64,000 nucleotides of DNA, taken from NCBI GenBank assembly GCA_000004985.1, contig GG738869.1. The stretch is one strand, 5' to 3'. Shown here piece after piece: positions 12,001 to 24,000 of the stretch. The notes under the pieces were generated by a model. It ran no database searches. It was given only the letters and a program-made list of their open reading frames with translations, and was not told where the DNA came from. How positions within the stretch are numbered: position 1 is the first letter of the stretch; each line of letters opens with the position of its first letter. The stretch comes from Naegleria gruberi. Lineage: Eukaryota. The position numbers and the translations under genes were made by a program.

Positions 12001-15000
12001 NNNNNNNNNNNNNNNNNNNNNNNNNNNNNNNNNNNNNNNNNNNNNNNNNNNNNNNNNNNNNNNNNNNNNNNNNNNNNNNNNNNNNNNNNNNNNNNNNNNN
12101 NNNNNNNNNNNNNNNNNNNNNNNNNNNNNNNNNNNNNNNNNNNNNNNNNNNNNNNNNNNNNNNNNNNNNNNNNNNNNNNNNNNNNNNNNNNNNNNNNNNN
12201 NNNNNNNNNNNNNNNNNNNNNNNNNNNNNNNNNNNNNNNNNNNNNNNNNNNNNNNNNNNNNNNNNNNNNNNNNNNNNNNNNNNNNNNNNNNNNNNNNNNN
12301 NNNNNNNNNNNNNNNNNNNNNNNNNNNNNNNNNNNNNNNNNNNNNNNNNNNNNNNNNNNNNNNNNNNNNNNNNNNNNNNNNNNNNNNNNNNNNNNNNNNN
12401 NNNNNNNNNNNNNNNNNNNNNNNNNNNNNNNNNNNNNNNNNNNNNNNNNNNNNNNNNNNNNNNNNNNNNNNNNNNNNNNNNNNNNNNNNNNNNNNNNNNN
12501 NNNNNNNNNNNNNNNNNNNNNNNNNNNNNNNNNNNNNNNNNNNNNNNNNNNNNNNNNNNNNNNNNNNNNNNNNNNNNNNNNNNNNNNNNNNNNNNNNNNN
12601 NNNNNNNNNNNNNNNNNNNNNNNNNNNNNNNNNNNNNNNNNNNNNNNNNNNNNNNNNNNNNNNNNNNNNNNNNNNNNNNNNNNNNNNNNNNNNNNNNNNN
12701 NNNNNNNNNNNNNNNNNNNNNNNNNNNNNNNNNNNNNNNNNNNNNNNNNNNNNNNNNNNNNNNNNNNNNNNNNNNNNNNNNNNNNNNNNNNNNNNNNNNN
12801 NNNNNNNNNNNNNNNNNNNNNNNNNNNNNNNNNNNNNNNNNNNNNNNNNNNNNNNNNNNNNNNNNNNNNNNNNNNNNNNNNNNNNNNNNNNNNNNNNNNN
12901 NNNNNNNNNNNNNNNNNNNNNNNNNNNNNNNNNNNNNNNNNNNNNNNNNNNNNNNNNNNNNNNNNNNNNNNNNNNNNNNNNNNNNNNNNNNNNNNNNNNN
13001 NNNNNNNNNNNNNNNNNNNNNNNNNNNNNNNNNNNNNNNNNNNNNNNNNNNNNNNNNNNNNNNNNNNNNNNNNNNNNNNNNNNNNNNNNNNNNNNNNNNN
13101 NNNNNNNNNNNNNNNNNNNNNNNNNNNNNNNNNNNNNNNNNNNNNNNNNNNNNNNNNNNNNNNNNNNNNNNNNNNNNNNNNNNNNNNNNNNNNNNNNNNN
13201 NNNNNNNNNNNNNNNNNNNNNNNNNNNNNNNNNNNNNNNNNNNNNNNNNNNNNNNNNNNNNNNNNNNNNNNNNNNNNNNNNNNNNNNNNNNNNNNNNNNN
13301 NNNNNNNNNNNNNNNNNNNNNNNNNNNNNNNNNNNNNNNNNNNNNNNNNNNNNNNNNNNNNNNNNNNNNNNNNNNNNNNNNNNNNNNNNNNNNNNNNNNN
13401 NNNNNNNNNNNNNNNNNNNNNNNNNNNNNNNNNNNNNNNNNNNNNNNNNNNNNNNNNNNNNNNNNNNNNNNNNNNNNNNNNNNNNNNNNNNNNNNNNNNN
13501 NNNNNNNNNNNNNNNNNNNNNNNNNNNNNNNNNNNNNNNNNNNNNNNNNNNNNNNNNNNNNNNNNNNNNNNNNNNNNNNNNNNNNNNNNNNNNNNNNNNN
13601 NNNNNNNNNNNNNNNNNNNNNNNNNNNNNNNNNNNNNNNNNNNNNNNNNNNNNNNNNNNNNNNNNNNNNNNNNNNNNNNNNNNNNNNNNNNNNNNNNNNN
13701 NNNNNNNNNNNNNNNNNNNNNNNNNNNNNNNNNNNNNNNNNNNNNNNNNNNNNNNNNNNNNNNNNNNNNNNNNNNNNNNNNNNNNNNNNNNNNNNNNNNN
13801 NNNNNNNNNNNNNNNNNNNNNNNNNNNNNNNNNNNNNNNNNNNNNNNNNNNNNNNNNNNNNNNNNNNNNNNNNNNNNNNNNNNNNNNNNNNNNNNNNNNN
13901 NNNNNNNNNNNNNNNNNNNNNNNNNNNNNNNNNNNNNNNNNNNNNNNNNNNNNNNNNNNNNNNNNNNNNNNNNNNNNNNNNNNNNNNNNNNNNNNNNNNN
14001 NNNNNNNNNNNNNNNNNNNNNNNNNNNNNNNNNNNNNNNNNNNNNNNNNNNNNNNNNNNNNNNNNNNNNNNNNNNNNNNNNNNNNNNNNNNNNNNNNNNN
14101 NNNNNNNNNNNNNNNNNNNNNNNNNNNNNNNNNNNNNNNNNNNNNNNNNNNNNNNNNNNNNNNNNNNNNNNNNNNNNNNNNNNNNNNNNNNNNNNNNNNN
14201 NNNNNNNNNNNNNNNNNNNNNNNNNNNNNNNNNNNNNNNNNNNNNNNNNNNNNNNNNNNNNNNNNNNNNNNNNNNNNNNNNNNNNNNNNNNNNNNNNNNN
14301 NNNNNNNNNNNNNNNNNNNNNNNNNNNNNNNNNNNNNNNNNNNNNNNNNNNNNNNNNNNNNNNNNNNNNNNNNNNNNNNNNNNNNNNNNNNNNNNNNNNN
14401 NNNNNNNNNNNNNNNNNNNNNNNNNNNNNNNNNNNNNNNNNNNNNNNNNNNNNNNNNNNNNNNNNNNNNNNNNNNNNNNNNNNNNNNNNNNNNNNNNNNN
14501 NNNNNNNNNNNNNNNNNNNNNNNNNNNNNNNNNNNNNNNNNNNNNNNNNNNNNNNNNNNNNNNNNNNNNNNNNNNNNNNNNNNNNNNNNNNNNNNNNNNN
14601 NNNNNNNNNNNNNNNNNNNNNNNNNNNNNNNNNNNNNNNNNNNNNNNNNNNNNNNNNNNNNNNNNNNNNNNNNNNNNNNNNNNNNNNNNNNNNNNNNNNN
14701 NNNNNNNNNNNNNNNNNNNNNNNNNNNNNNNNNNNNNNNNNNNNNNNNNNNNNNNNNNNNNNNNNNNNNNNNNNNNNNNNNNNNNNNNNNNNNNNNNNNN
14801 NNNNNNNNNNNNNNNNNNNNNNNNNNNNNNNNNNNNNNNNNNNNNNNNNNNNNNNNNNNNNNNNNNNNNNNNNNNNNNNNNNNNNNNNNNNNNNNNNNNN
14901 NNNNNNNNNNNNNNNNNNNNNNNNNNNNNNNNNNNNNNNNNNNNNNNNNNNNNNNNNNNNNNNNNNNNNNNNNNNNNNNNNNNNNNNNNNNNNNNNNNNN

Positions 15001-18000
15001 NNNNNNNNNNNNNNNNNNNNNNNNNNNNNNNNNNNNNNNNNNNNNNNNNNNNNNNNNNNNNNNNNNNNNNNNNNNNNNNNNNNNNNNNNNNNNNNNNNNN
15101 NNNNNNNNNNNNNNNNNNNNNNNNNNNNNNNNNNNNNNNNNNNNNNNNNNNNNNNNNNNNNNNNNNNNNNNNNNNNNNNNNNNNNNNNNNNNNNNNNNNN
15201 NNNNNNNNNNNNNNNNNNNNNNNNNNNNNNNNNNNNNNNNNNNNNNNNNNNNNNNNNNNNNNNNNNNNNNNNNNNNNNNNNNNNNNNNNNNNNNNNNNNN
15301 NNNNNNNNNNNNNNNNNNNNNNNNNNNNNNNNNNNNNNNNNNNNNNNNNNNNNNNNNNNNNNNNNNNNNNNNNNNNNNNNNNNNNNNNNNNNNNNNNNNN
15401 NNNNNNNNNNNNNNNNNNNNNNNNNNNNNNNNNNNNNNNNNNNNNNNNNNNNNNNNNNNNNNNNNNNNNNNNNNNNNNNNNNNNNNNNNNNNNNNNNNNN
15501 NNNNNNNNNNNNNNNNNNNNNNNNNNNNNNNNNNNNNNNNNNNNNNNNNNNNNNNNNNNNNNNNNNNNNNNNNNNNNNNNNNNNNNNNNNNNNNNNNNNN
15601 NNNNNNNNNNNNNNNNNNNNNNNNNNNNNNNNNNNNNNNNNNNNNNNNNNNNNNNNNNNNNNNNNNNNNNNNNNNNNNNNNNNNNNNNNNNNNNNNNNNN
15701 NNNNNNNNNNNNNNNNNNNNNNNNNNNNNNNNNNNNNNNNNNNNNNNNNNNNNNNNNNNNNNNNNNNNNNNNNNNNNNNNNNNNNNNNNNNNNNNNNNNN
15801 NNNNNNNNNNNNNNNNNNNNNNNNNNNNNNNNNNNNNNNNNNNNNNNNNNNNNNNNNNNNNNNNNNNNNNNNNNNNNNNNNNNNNNNNNNNNNNNNNNNN
15901 NNNNNNNNNNNNNNNNNNNNNNNNNNNNNNNNNNNNNNNNNNNNNNNNNNNNNNNNNNNNNNNNNNNNNNNNNNNNNNNNNNNNNNNNNNNNNNNNNNNN
16001 NNNNNNNNNNNNNNNNNNNNNNNNNNNNNNNNNNNNNNNNNNNNNNNNNNNNNNNNNNNNNNNNNNNNNNNNNNNNNNNNNNNNNNNNNNNNNNNNNNNN
16101 NNNNNNNNNNNNNNNNNNNNNNNNNNNNNNNNNNNNNNNNNNNNNNNNNNNNNNNNNNNNNNNNNNNNNNNNNNNNNNNNNNNNNNNNNNNNNNNNNNNN
16201 NNNNNNNNNNNNNNNNNNNNNNNNNNNNNNNNNNNNNNNNNNNNNNNNNNNNNNNNNNNNNNNNNNNNNNNNNNNNNNNNNNNNNNNNNNNNNNNNNNNN
16301 NNNNNNNNNNNNNNNNNNNNNNNNNNNNNNNNNNNNNNNNNNNNNNNNNNNNNNNNNNNNNNNNNNNNNNNNNNNNNNNNNNNNNNNNNNNNNNNNNNNN
16401 NNNNNNNNNNNNNNNNNNNNNNNNNNNNNNNNNNNNNNNNNNNNNNNNNNNNNNNNNNNNNNNNNNNNNNNNNNNNNNNNNNNNNNNNNNNNNNNNNNNN
16501 NNNNNNNNNNNNNNNNNNNNNNNNNNNNNNNNNNNNNNNNNNNNNNNNNNNNNNNNNNNNNNNNNNNNNNNNNNNNNNNNNNNNNNNNNNNNNNNNNNNN
16601 NNNNNNNNNNNNNNNNNNNNNNNNNNNNNNNNNNNNNNNNNNNNNNNNNNNNNNNNNNNNNNNNNNNNNNNNNNNNNNNNNNNNNNNNNNNNNNNNNNNN
16701 NNNNNNNNNNNNNNNNNNNNNNNNNNNNNNNNNNNNNNNNNNNNNNNNNNNNNNNNNNNNNNNNNNNNNNNNNNNNNNNNNNNNNNNNNNNNNNNNNNNN
16801 NNNNNNNNNNNNNNNNNNNNNNNNNNNNNNNNNNNNNNNNNNNNNNNNNNNNNNNNNNNNNNNNNNNNNNNNNNNNNNNNNNNNNNNNNNNNNNNNNNNN
16901 NNNNNNNNNNNNNNNNNNNNNNNNNNNNNNNNNNNNNNNNNNNNNNNNNNNNNNNNNNNNNNNNNNNNNNNNNNNNNNNNNNNNNNNNNNNNNNNNNNNN
17001 NNNNNNNNNNNNNNNNNNNNNNNNNNNNNNNNNNNNNNNNNNNNNNNNNNNNNNNNNNNNNNNNNNNNNNNNNNNNNNNNNNNNNNNNNNNNNNNNNNNN
17101 NNNNNNNNNNNNNNNNNNNNNNNNNNNNNNNNNNNNNNNNNNNNNNNNNNNNNNNNNNNNNNNNNNNNNNNNNNNNNNNNNNNNNNNNNNNNNNNNNNNN
17201 NNNNNNNNNNNNNNNNNNNNNNNNNNNNNNNNNNNNNNNNNNNNNNNNNNNNNNNNNNNNNNNNNNNNNNNNNNNNNNNNNNNNNNNNNNNNNNNNNNNN
17301 NNNNNNNNNNNNNNNNNNNNNNNNNNNNNNNNNNNNNNNNNNNNNNNNNNNNNNNNNNNNNNNNNNNNNNNNNNNNNNNNNNNNNNNNNNNNNNNNNNNN
17401 NNNNNNNNNNNNNNNNNNNNNNNNNNNNNNNNNNNNNNNNNNNNNNNNNNNNNNNNNNNNNNNNNNNNNNNNNNNNNNNNNNNNNNNNNNNNNNNNNNNN
17501 NNNNNNNNNNNNNNNNNNNNNNNNNNNNNNNNNNNNNNNNNNNNNNNNNNNNNNNNNNNNNNNNNNNNNNNNNNNNNNNNNNNNNNNNNNNNNNNNNNNN
17601 NNNNNNNNNNNNNNNNNNNNNNNNNNNNNNNNNNNNNNNNNNNNNNNNNNNNNNNNNNNNNNNNNNNNNNNNNNNNNNNNNNNNNNNNNNNNNNNNNNNN
17701 NNNNNNNNNNNNNNNNNNNNNNNNNNNNNNNNNNNNNNNNNNNNNNNNNNNNNNNNNNNNNNNNNNNNNNNNNNNNNNNNNNNNNNNNNNNNNNNNNNNN
17801 NNNNNNNNNNNNNNNNNNNNNNNNNNNNNNNNNNNNNNNNNNNNNNNNNNNNNNNNNNNNNNNNNNNNNNNNNNNNNNNNNNNNNNNNNNNNNNNNNNNN
17901 NNNNNNNNNNNNNNNNNNNNNNNNNNNNNNNNNNNNNNNNNNNNNNNNNNNNNNNNNNNNNNNNNNNNNNNNNNNNNNNNNNNNNNNNNNNNNNNNNNNN

Positions 18001-21000
18001 NNNNNNNNNNNNNNNNNNNNNNNNNNNNNNNNNNNNNNNNNNNNNNNNNNNNNNNNNNNNNNNNNNNNNNNNNNNNNNNNNNNNNNNNNNNNNNNNNNNN
18101 NNNNNNNNNNNNNNNNNNNNNNNNNNNNNNNNNNNNNNNNNNNNNNNNNNNNNNNNNNNNNNNNNNNNNNNNNNNNNNNNNNNNNNNNNNNNNNNNNNNN
18201 NNNNNNNNNNNNNNNNNNNNNNNNNNNNNNNNNNNNNNNNNNNNNNNNNNNNNNNNNNNNNNNNNNNNNNNNNNNNNNNNNNNNNNNNNNNNNNNNNNNN
18301 NNNNNNNNNNNNNNNNNNNNNNNNNNNNNNNNNNNNNNNNNNNNNNNNNNNNNNNNNNNNNNNNNNNNNNNNNNNNNNNNNNNNNNNNNNNNNNNNNNNN
18401 NNNNNNNNNNNNNNNNNNNNNNNNNNNNNNNNNNNNNNNNNNNNNNNNNNNNNNNNNNNNNNNNNNNNNNNNNNNNNNNNNNNNNNNNNNNNNNNNNNNN
18501 NNNNNNNNNNNNNNNNNNNNNNNNNNNNNNNNNNNNNNNNNNNNNNNNNNNNNNNNNNNNNNNNNNNNNNNNNNNNNNNNNNNNNNNNNNNNNNNNNNNN
18601 NNNNNNNNNNNNNNNNNNNNNNNNNNNNNNNNNNNNNNNNNNNNNNNNNNNNNNNNNNNNNNNNNNNNNNNNNNNNNNNNNNNNNNNNNNNNNNNNNNNN
18701 NNNNNNNNNNNNNNNNNNNNNNNNNNNNNNNNNNNNNNNNNNNNNNNNNNNNNNNNNNNNNNNNNNNNNNNNNNNNNNNNNNNNNNNNNNNNNNNNNNNN
18801 NNNNNNNNNNNNNNNNNNNNNNNNNNNNNNNNNNNNNNNNNNNNNNNNNNNNNNNNNNNNNNNNNNNNNNNNNNNNNNNNNNNNNNNNNNNNNNNNNNNN
18901 NNNNNNNNNNNNNNNNNNNNNNNNNNNNNNNNNNNNNNNNNNNNNNNNNNNNNNNNNNNNNNNNNNNNNNNNNNNNNNNNNNNNNNNNNNNNNNNNNNNN
19001 NNNNNNNNNNNNNNNNNNNNNNNNNNNNNNNNNNNNNNNNNNNNNNNNNNNNNNNNNNNNNNNNNNNNNNNNNNNNNNNNNNNNNNNNNNNNNNNNNNNN
19101 NNNNNNNNNNNNNNNNNNNNNNNNNNNNNNNNNNNNNNNNNNNNNNNNNNNNNNNNNNNNNNNNNNNNNNNNNNNNNNNNNNNNNNNNNNNNNNNNNNNN
19201 NNNNNNNNNNNNNNNNNNNNNNNNNNNNNNNNNNNNNNNNNNNNNNNNNNNNNNNNNNNNNNNNNNNNNNNNNNNNNNNNNNNNNNNNNNNNNNNNNNNN
19301 NNNNNNNNNNNNNNNNNNNNNNNNNNNNNNNNNNNNNNNNNNNNNNNNNNNNNNNNNNNNNNNNNNNNNNNNNNNNNNNNNNNNNNNNNNNNNNNNNNNN
19401 NNNNNNNNNNNNNNNNNNNNNNNNNNNNNNNNNNNNNNNNNNNNNNNNNNNNNNNNNNNNNNNNNNNNNNNNNNNNNNNNNNNNNNNNNNNNNNNNNNNN
19501 NNNNNNNNNNNNNNNNNNNNNNNNNNNNNNNNNNNNNNNNNNNNNNNNNNNNNNNNNNNNNNNNNNNNNNNNNNNNNNNNNNNNNNNNNNNNNNNNNNNN
19601 NNNNNNNNNNNNNNNNNNNNNNNNNNNNNNNNNNNNNNNNNNNNNNNNNNNNNNNNNNNNNNNNNNNNNNNNNNNNNNNNNNNNNNNNNNNNNNNNNNNN
19701 NNNNNNNNNNNNNNNNNNNNNNNNNNNNNNNNNNNNNNNNNNNNNNNNNNNNNNNNNNNNNNNNNNNNNNNNNNNNNNNNNNNNNNNNNNNNNNNNNNNN
19801 NNNNNNNNNNNNNNNNNNNNNNNNNNNNNNNNNNNNNNNNNNNNNNNNNNNNNNNNNNNNNNNNNNNNNNNNNNNNNNNNNNNNNNNNNNNNNNNNNNNN
19901 NNNNNNNNNNNNNNNNNNNNNNNNNNNNNNNNNNNNNNNNNNNNNNNNNNNNNNNNNNNNNNNNNNNNNNNNNNNNNNNNNNNNNNNNNNNNNNNNNNNN
20001 NNNNNNNNNNNNNNNNNNNNNNNNNNNNNNNNNNNNNNNNNNNNNNNNNNNNNNNNNNNNNNNNNNNNNNNNNNNNNNNNNNNNNNNNNNNNNNNNNNNN
20101 NNNNNNNNNNNNNNNNNNNNNNNNNNNNNNNNNNNNNNNNNNNNNNNNNNNNNNNNNNNNNNNNNNNNNNNNNNNNNNNNNNNNNNNNNNNNNNNNNNNN
20201 NNNNNNNNNNNNNNNNNNNNNNNNNNNNNNNNNNNNNNNNNNNNNNNNNNNNNNNNNNNNNNNNNNNNNNNNNNNNNNNNNNNNNNNNNNNNNNNNNNNN
20301 NNNNNNNNNNNNNNNNNNNNNNNNNNNNNNNNNNNNNNNNNNNNNNNNNNNNNNNNNNNNNNNNNNNNNNNNNNNNNNNNNNNNNNNNNNNNNNNNNNNN
20401 NNNNNNNNNNNNNNNNNNNNNNNNNNNNNNNNNNNNNNNNNNNNNNNNNNNNNNNNNNNNNNNNNNNNNNNNNNNNNNNNNNNNNNNNNNNNNNNNNNNN
20501 NNNNNNNNNNNNNNNNNNNNNNNNNNNNNNNNNNNNNNNNNNNNNNNNNNNNNNNNNNNNNNNNNNNNNNNNNNNNNNNNNNNNNNNNNNNNNNNNNNNN
20601 NNNNNNNNNNNNNNNNNNNNNNNNNNNNNNNNNNNNNNNNNNNNNNNNNNNNNNNNNNNNNNNNNNNNNNNNNNNNNNNNNNNNNNNNNNNNNNNNNNNN
20701 NNNNNNNNNNNNNNNNNNNNNNNNNNNNNNNNNNNNNNNNNNNNNNNNNNNNNNNNNNNNNNNNNNNNNNNNNNNNNNNNNNNNNNNNNNNNNNNNNNNN
20801 NNNNNNNNNNNNNNNNNNNNNNNNNNNNNNNNNNNNNNNNNNNNNNNNNNNNNNNNNNNNNNNNNNNNNNNNNNNNNNNNNNNNNNNNNNNNNNNNNNNN
20901 NNNNNNNNNNNNNNNNNNNNNNNNNNNNNNNNNNNNNNNNNNNNNNNNNNNNNNNNNNNNNNNNNNNNNNNNNNNNNNNNNNNNNNNNNNNNNNNNNNNN

Positions 21001-24000
21001 NNNNNNNNNNNNNNNNNNNNNNNNNNNNNNNNNNNNNNNNNNNNNNNNNNNNNNNNNNNNNNNNNNNNNNNNNNNNNNNNNNNNNNNNNNNNNNNNNNNN
21101 NNNNNNNNNNNNNNNNNNNNNNNNNNNNNNNNNNNNNNNNNNNNNNNNNNNNNNNNNNNNNNNNNNNNNNNNNNNNNNNNNNNNNNNNNNNNNNNNNNNN
21201 NNNNNNNNNNNNNNNNNNNNNNNNNNNNNNNNNNNNNNNNNNNNNNNNNNNNNNNNNNNNNNNNNNNNNNNNNNNNNNNNNNNNNNNNNNNNNNNNNNNN
21301 NNNNNNNNNNNNNNNNNNNNNNNNNNNNNNNNNNNNNNNNNNNNNNNNNNNNNNNNNNNNNNNNNNNNNNNNNNNNNNNNNNNNNNNNNNNNNNNNNNNN
21401 NNNNNNNNNNNNNNNNNNNNNNNNNNNNNNNNNNNNNNNNNNNNNNNNNNNNNNNNNNNNNNNNNNNNNNNNNNNNNNNNNNNNNNNNNNNNNNNNNNNN
21501 NNNNNNNNNNNNNNNNNNNNNNNNNNNNNNNNNNNNNNNNNNNNNNNNNNNNNNNNNNNNNNNNNNNNNNNNNNNNNNNNNNNNNNNNNNNNNNNNNNNN
21601 NNNNNNNNNNNNNNNNNNNNNNNNNNNNNNNNNNNNNNNNNNNNNNNNNNNNNNNNNNNNNNNNNNNNNNNNNNNNNNNNNNNNNNNNNNNNNNNNNNNN
21701 NNNNNNNNNNNNNNNNNNNNNNNNNNNNNNNNNNNNNNNNNNNNNNNNNNNNNNNNNNNNNNNNNNNNNNNNNNNNNNNNNNNNNNNNNNNNNNNNNNNN
21801 NNNNNNNNNNNNNNNNNNNNNNNNNNNNNNNNNNNNNNNNNNNNNNNNNNNNNNNNNNNNNNNNNNNNNNNNNNNNNNNNNNNNNNNNNNNNNNNNNNNN
21901 NNNNNNNNNNNNNNNNNNNNNNNNNNNNNNNNNNNNNNNNNNNNNNNNNNNNNNNNNNNNNNNNNNNNNNNNNNNNNNNNNNNNNNNNNNNNNNNNNNNN
22001 NNNNNNNNNNNNNNNNNNNNNNNNNNNNNNNNNNNNNNNNNNNNNNNNNNNNNNNNNNNNNNNNNNNNNNNNNNNNNNNNNNNNNNNNNNNNNNNNNNNN
22101 NNNNNNNNNNNNNNNNNNNNNNNNNNNNNNNNNNNNNNNNNNNNNNNNNNNNNNNNNNNNNNNNNNNNNNNNNNNNNNNNNNNNNNNNNNNNNNNNNNNN
22201 NNNNNNNNNNNNNNNNNNNNNNNNNNNNNNNNNNNNNNNNNNNNNNNNNNNNNNNNNNNNNNNNNNNNNNNNNNNNNNNNNNNNNNNNNNNNNNNNNNNN
22301 NNNNNNNNNNNNNNNNNNNNNNNNNNNNNNNNNNNNNNNNNNNNNNNNNNNNNNNNNNNNNNNNNNNNNNNNNNNNNNNNNNNNNNNNNNNNNNNNNNNN
22401 NNNNNNNNNNNNNNNNNNNNNNNNNNNNNNNNNNNNNNNNNNNNNNNNNNNNNNNNNNNNNNNNNNNNNNNNNNNNNNNNNNNNNNNNNNNNNNNNNNNN
22501 NNNNNNNNNNNNNNNNNNNNNNNNNNNNNNNNNNNNNNNNNNNNNNNNNNNNNNNNNNNNNNNNNNNNNNNNNNNNNNNNNNNNNNNNNNNNNNNNNNNN
22601 NNNNNNNNNNNNNNNNNNNNNNNNNNNNNNNNNNNNNNNNNNNNNNNNNNNNNNNNNNNNNNNNNNNNNNNNNNNNNNNNNNNNNNNNNNNNNNNNNNNN
22701 NNNNNNNNNNNNNNNNNNNNNNNNNNNNNNNNNNNNNNNNNNNNNNNNNNNNNNNNNNNNNNNNNNNNNNNNNNNNNNNNNNNNNNNNNNNNNNNNNNNN
22801 NNNNNNNNNNNNNNNNNNNNNNNNNNNNNNNNNNNNNNNNNNNNNNNNNNNNNNNNNNNNNNNNNNNNNNNNNNNNNNNNNNNNNNNNNNNNNNNNNNNN
22901 NNNNNNNNNNNNNNNNNNNNNNNNNNNNNNNNNNNNNNNNNNNNNNNNNNNNNNNNNNNNNNNNNNNNNNNNNNNNNNNNNNNNNNNNNNNNNNNNNNNN
23001 NNNNNNNNNNNNNNNNNNNNNNNNNNNNNNNNNNNNNNNNNNNNNNNNNNNNNNNNNNNNNNNNNNNNNNNNNNNNNNNNNNNNNNNNNNNNNNNNNNNN
23101 NNNNNNNNNNNNNNNNNNNNNNNNNNNNNNNNNNNNNNNNNNNNNNNNNNNNNNNNNNNNNNNNNNNNNNNNNNNNNNNNNNNNNNNNNNNNNNNNNNNN
23201 NNNNNNNNNNNNNNNNNNNNNNNNNNNNNNNNNNNNNNNNNNNNNNNNNNNNNNNNNNNNNNNNNNNNNNNNNNNNNNNNNNNNNNNNNNNNNNNNNNNN
23301 NNNNNNNNNNNNNNNNNNNNNNNNNNNNNNNNNNNNNNNNNNNNNNNNNNNNNNNNNNNNNNNNNNNNNNNNNNNNNNNNNNNNNNNNNNNNNNNNNNNN
23401 NNNNNNNNNNNNNNNNNNNNNNNNNNNNNNNNNNNNNNNNNNNNNNNNNNNNNNNNNNNNNNNNNNNNNNNNNNNNNNNNNNNNNNNNNNNNNNNNNNNN
23501 NNNNNNNNNNNNNNNNNNNNNNNNNNNNNNNNNNNNNNNNNNNNNNNNNNNNNNNNNNNNNNNNNNNNNNNNNNNNNNNNNNNNNNNNNNNNNNNNNNNN
23601 NNNNNNNNNNNNNNNNNNNNNNNNNNNNNNNNNNNNNNNNNNNNNNNNNNNNNNNNNNNNNNNNNNNNNNNNNNNNNNNNNNNNNNNNNNNNNNNNNNNN
23701 NNNNNNNNNNNNNNNNNNNNNNNNNNNNNNNNNNNNNNNNNNNNNNNNNNNNNNNNNNNNNNNNNNNNNNNNNNNNNNNNNNNNNNNNNNNNNNNNNNNN
23801 NNNNNNNNNNNNNNNNNNNNNNNNNNNNNNNNNNNNNNNNNNNNNNNNNNNNNNNNNNNNNNNNNNNNNNNNNNNNNNNNNNNNNNNNNNNNNNNNNNNN
23901 NNNNNNNNNNNNNNNNNNNNNNNNNNNNNNNNNNNNNNNNNNNNNNNNNNNNNNNNNNNNNNNNNNNNNNNNNNNNNNNNNNNNNNNNNNNNNNNNNNNN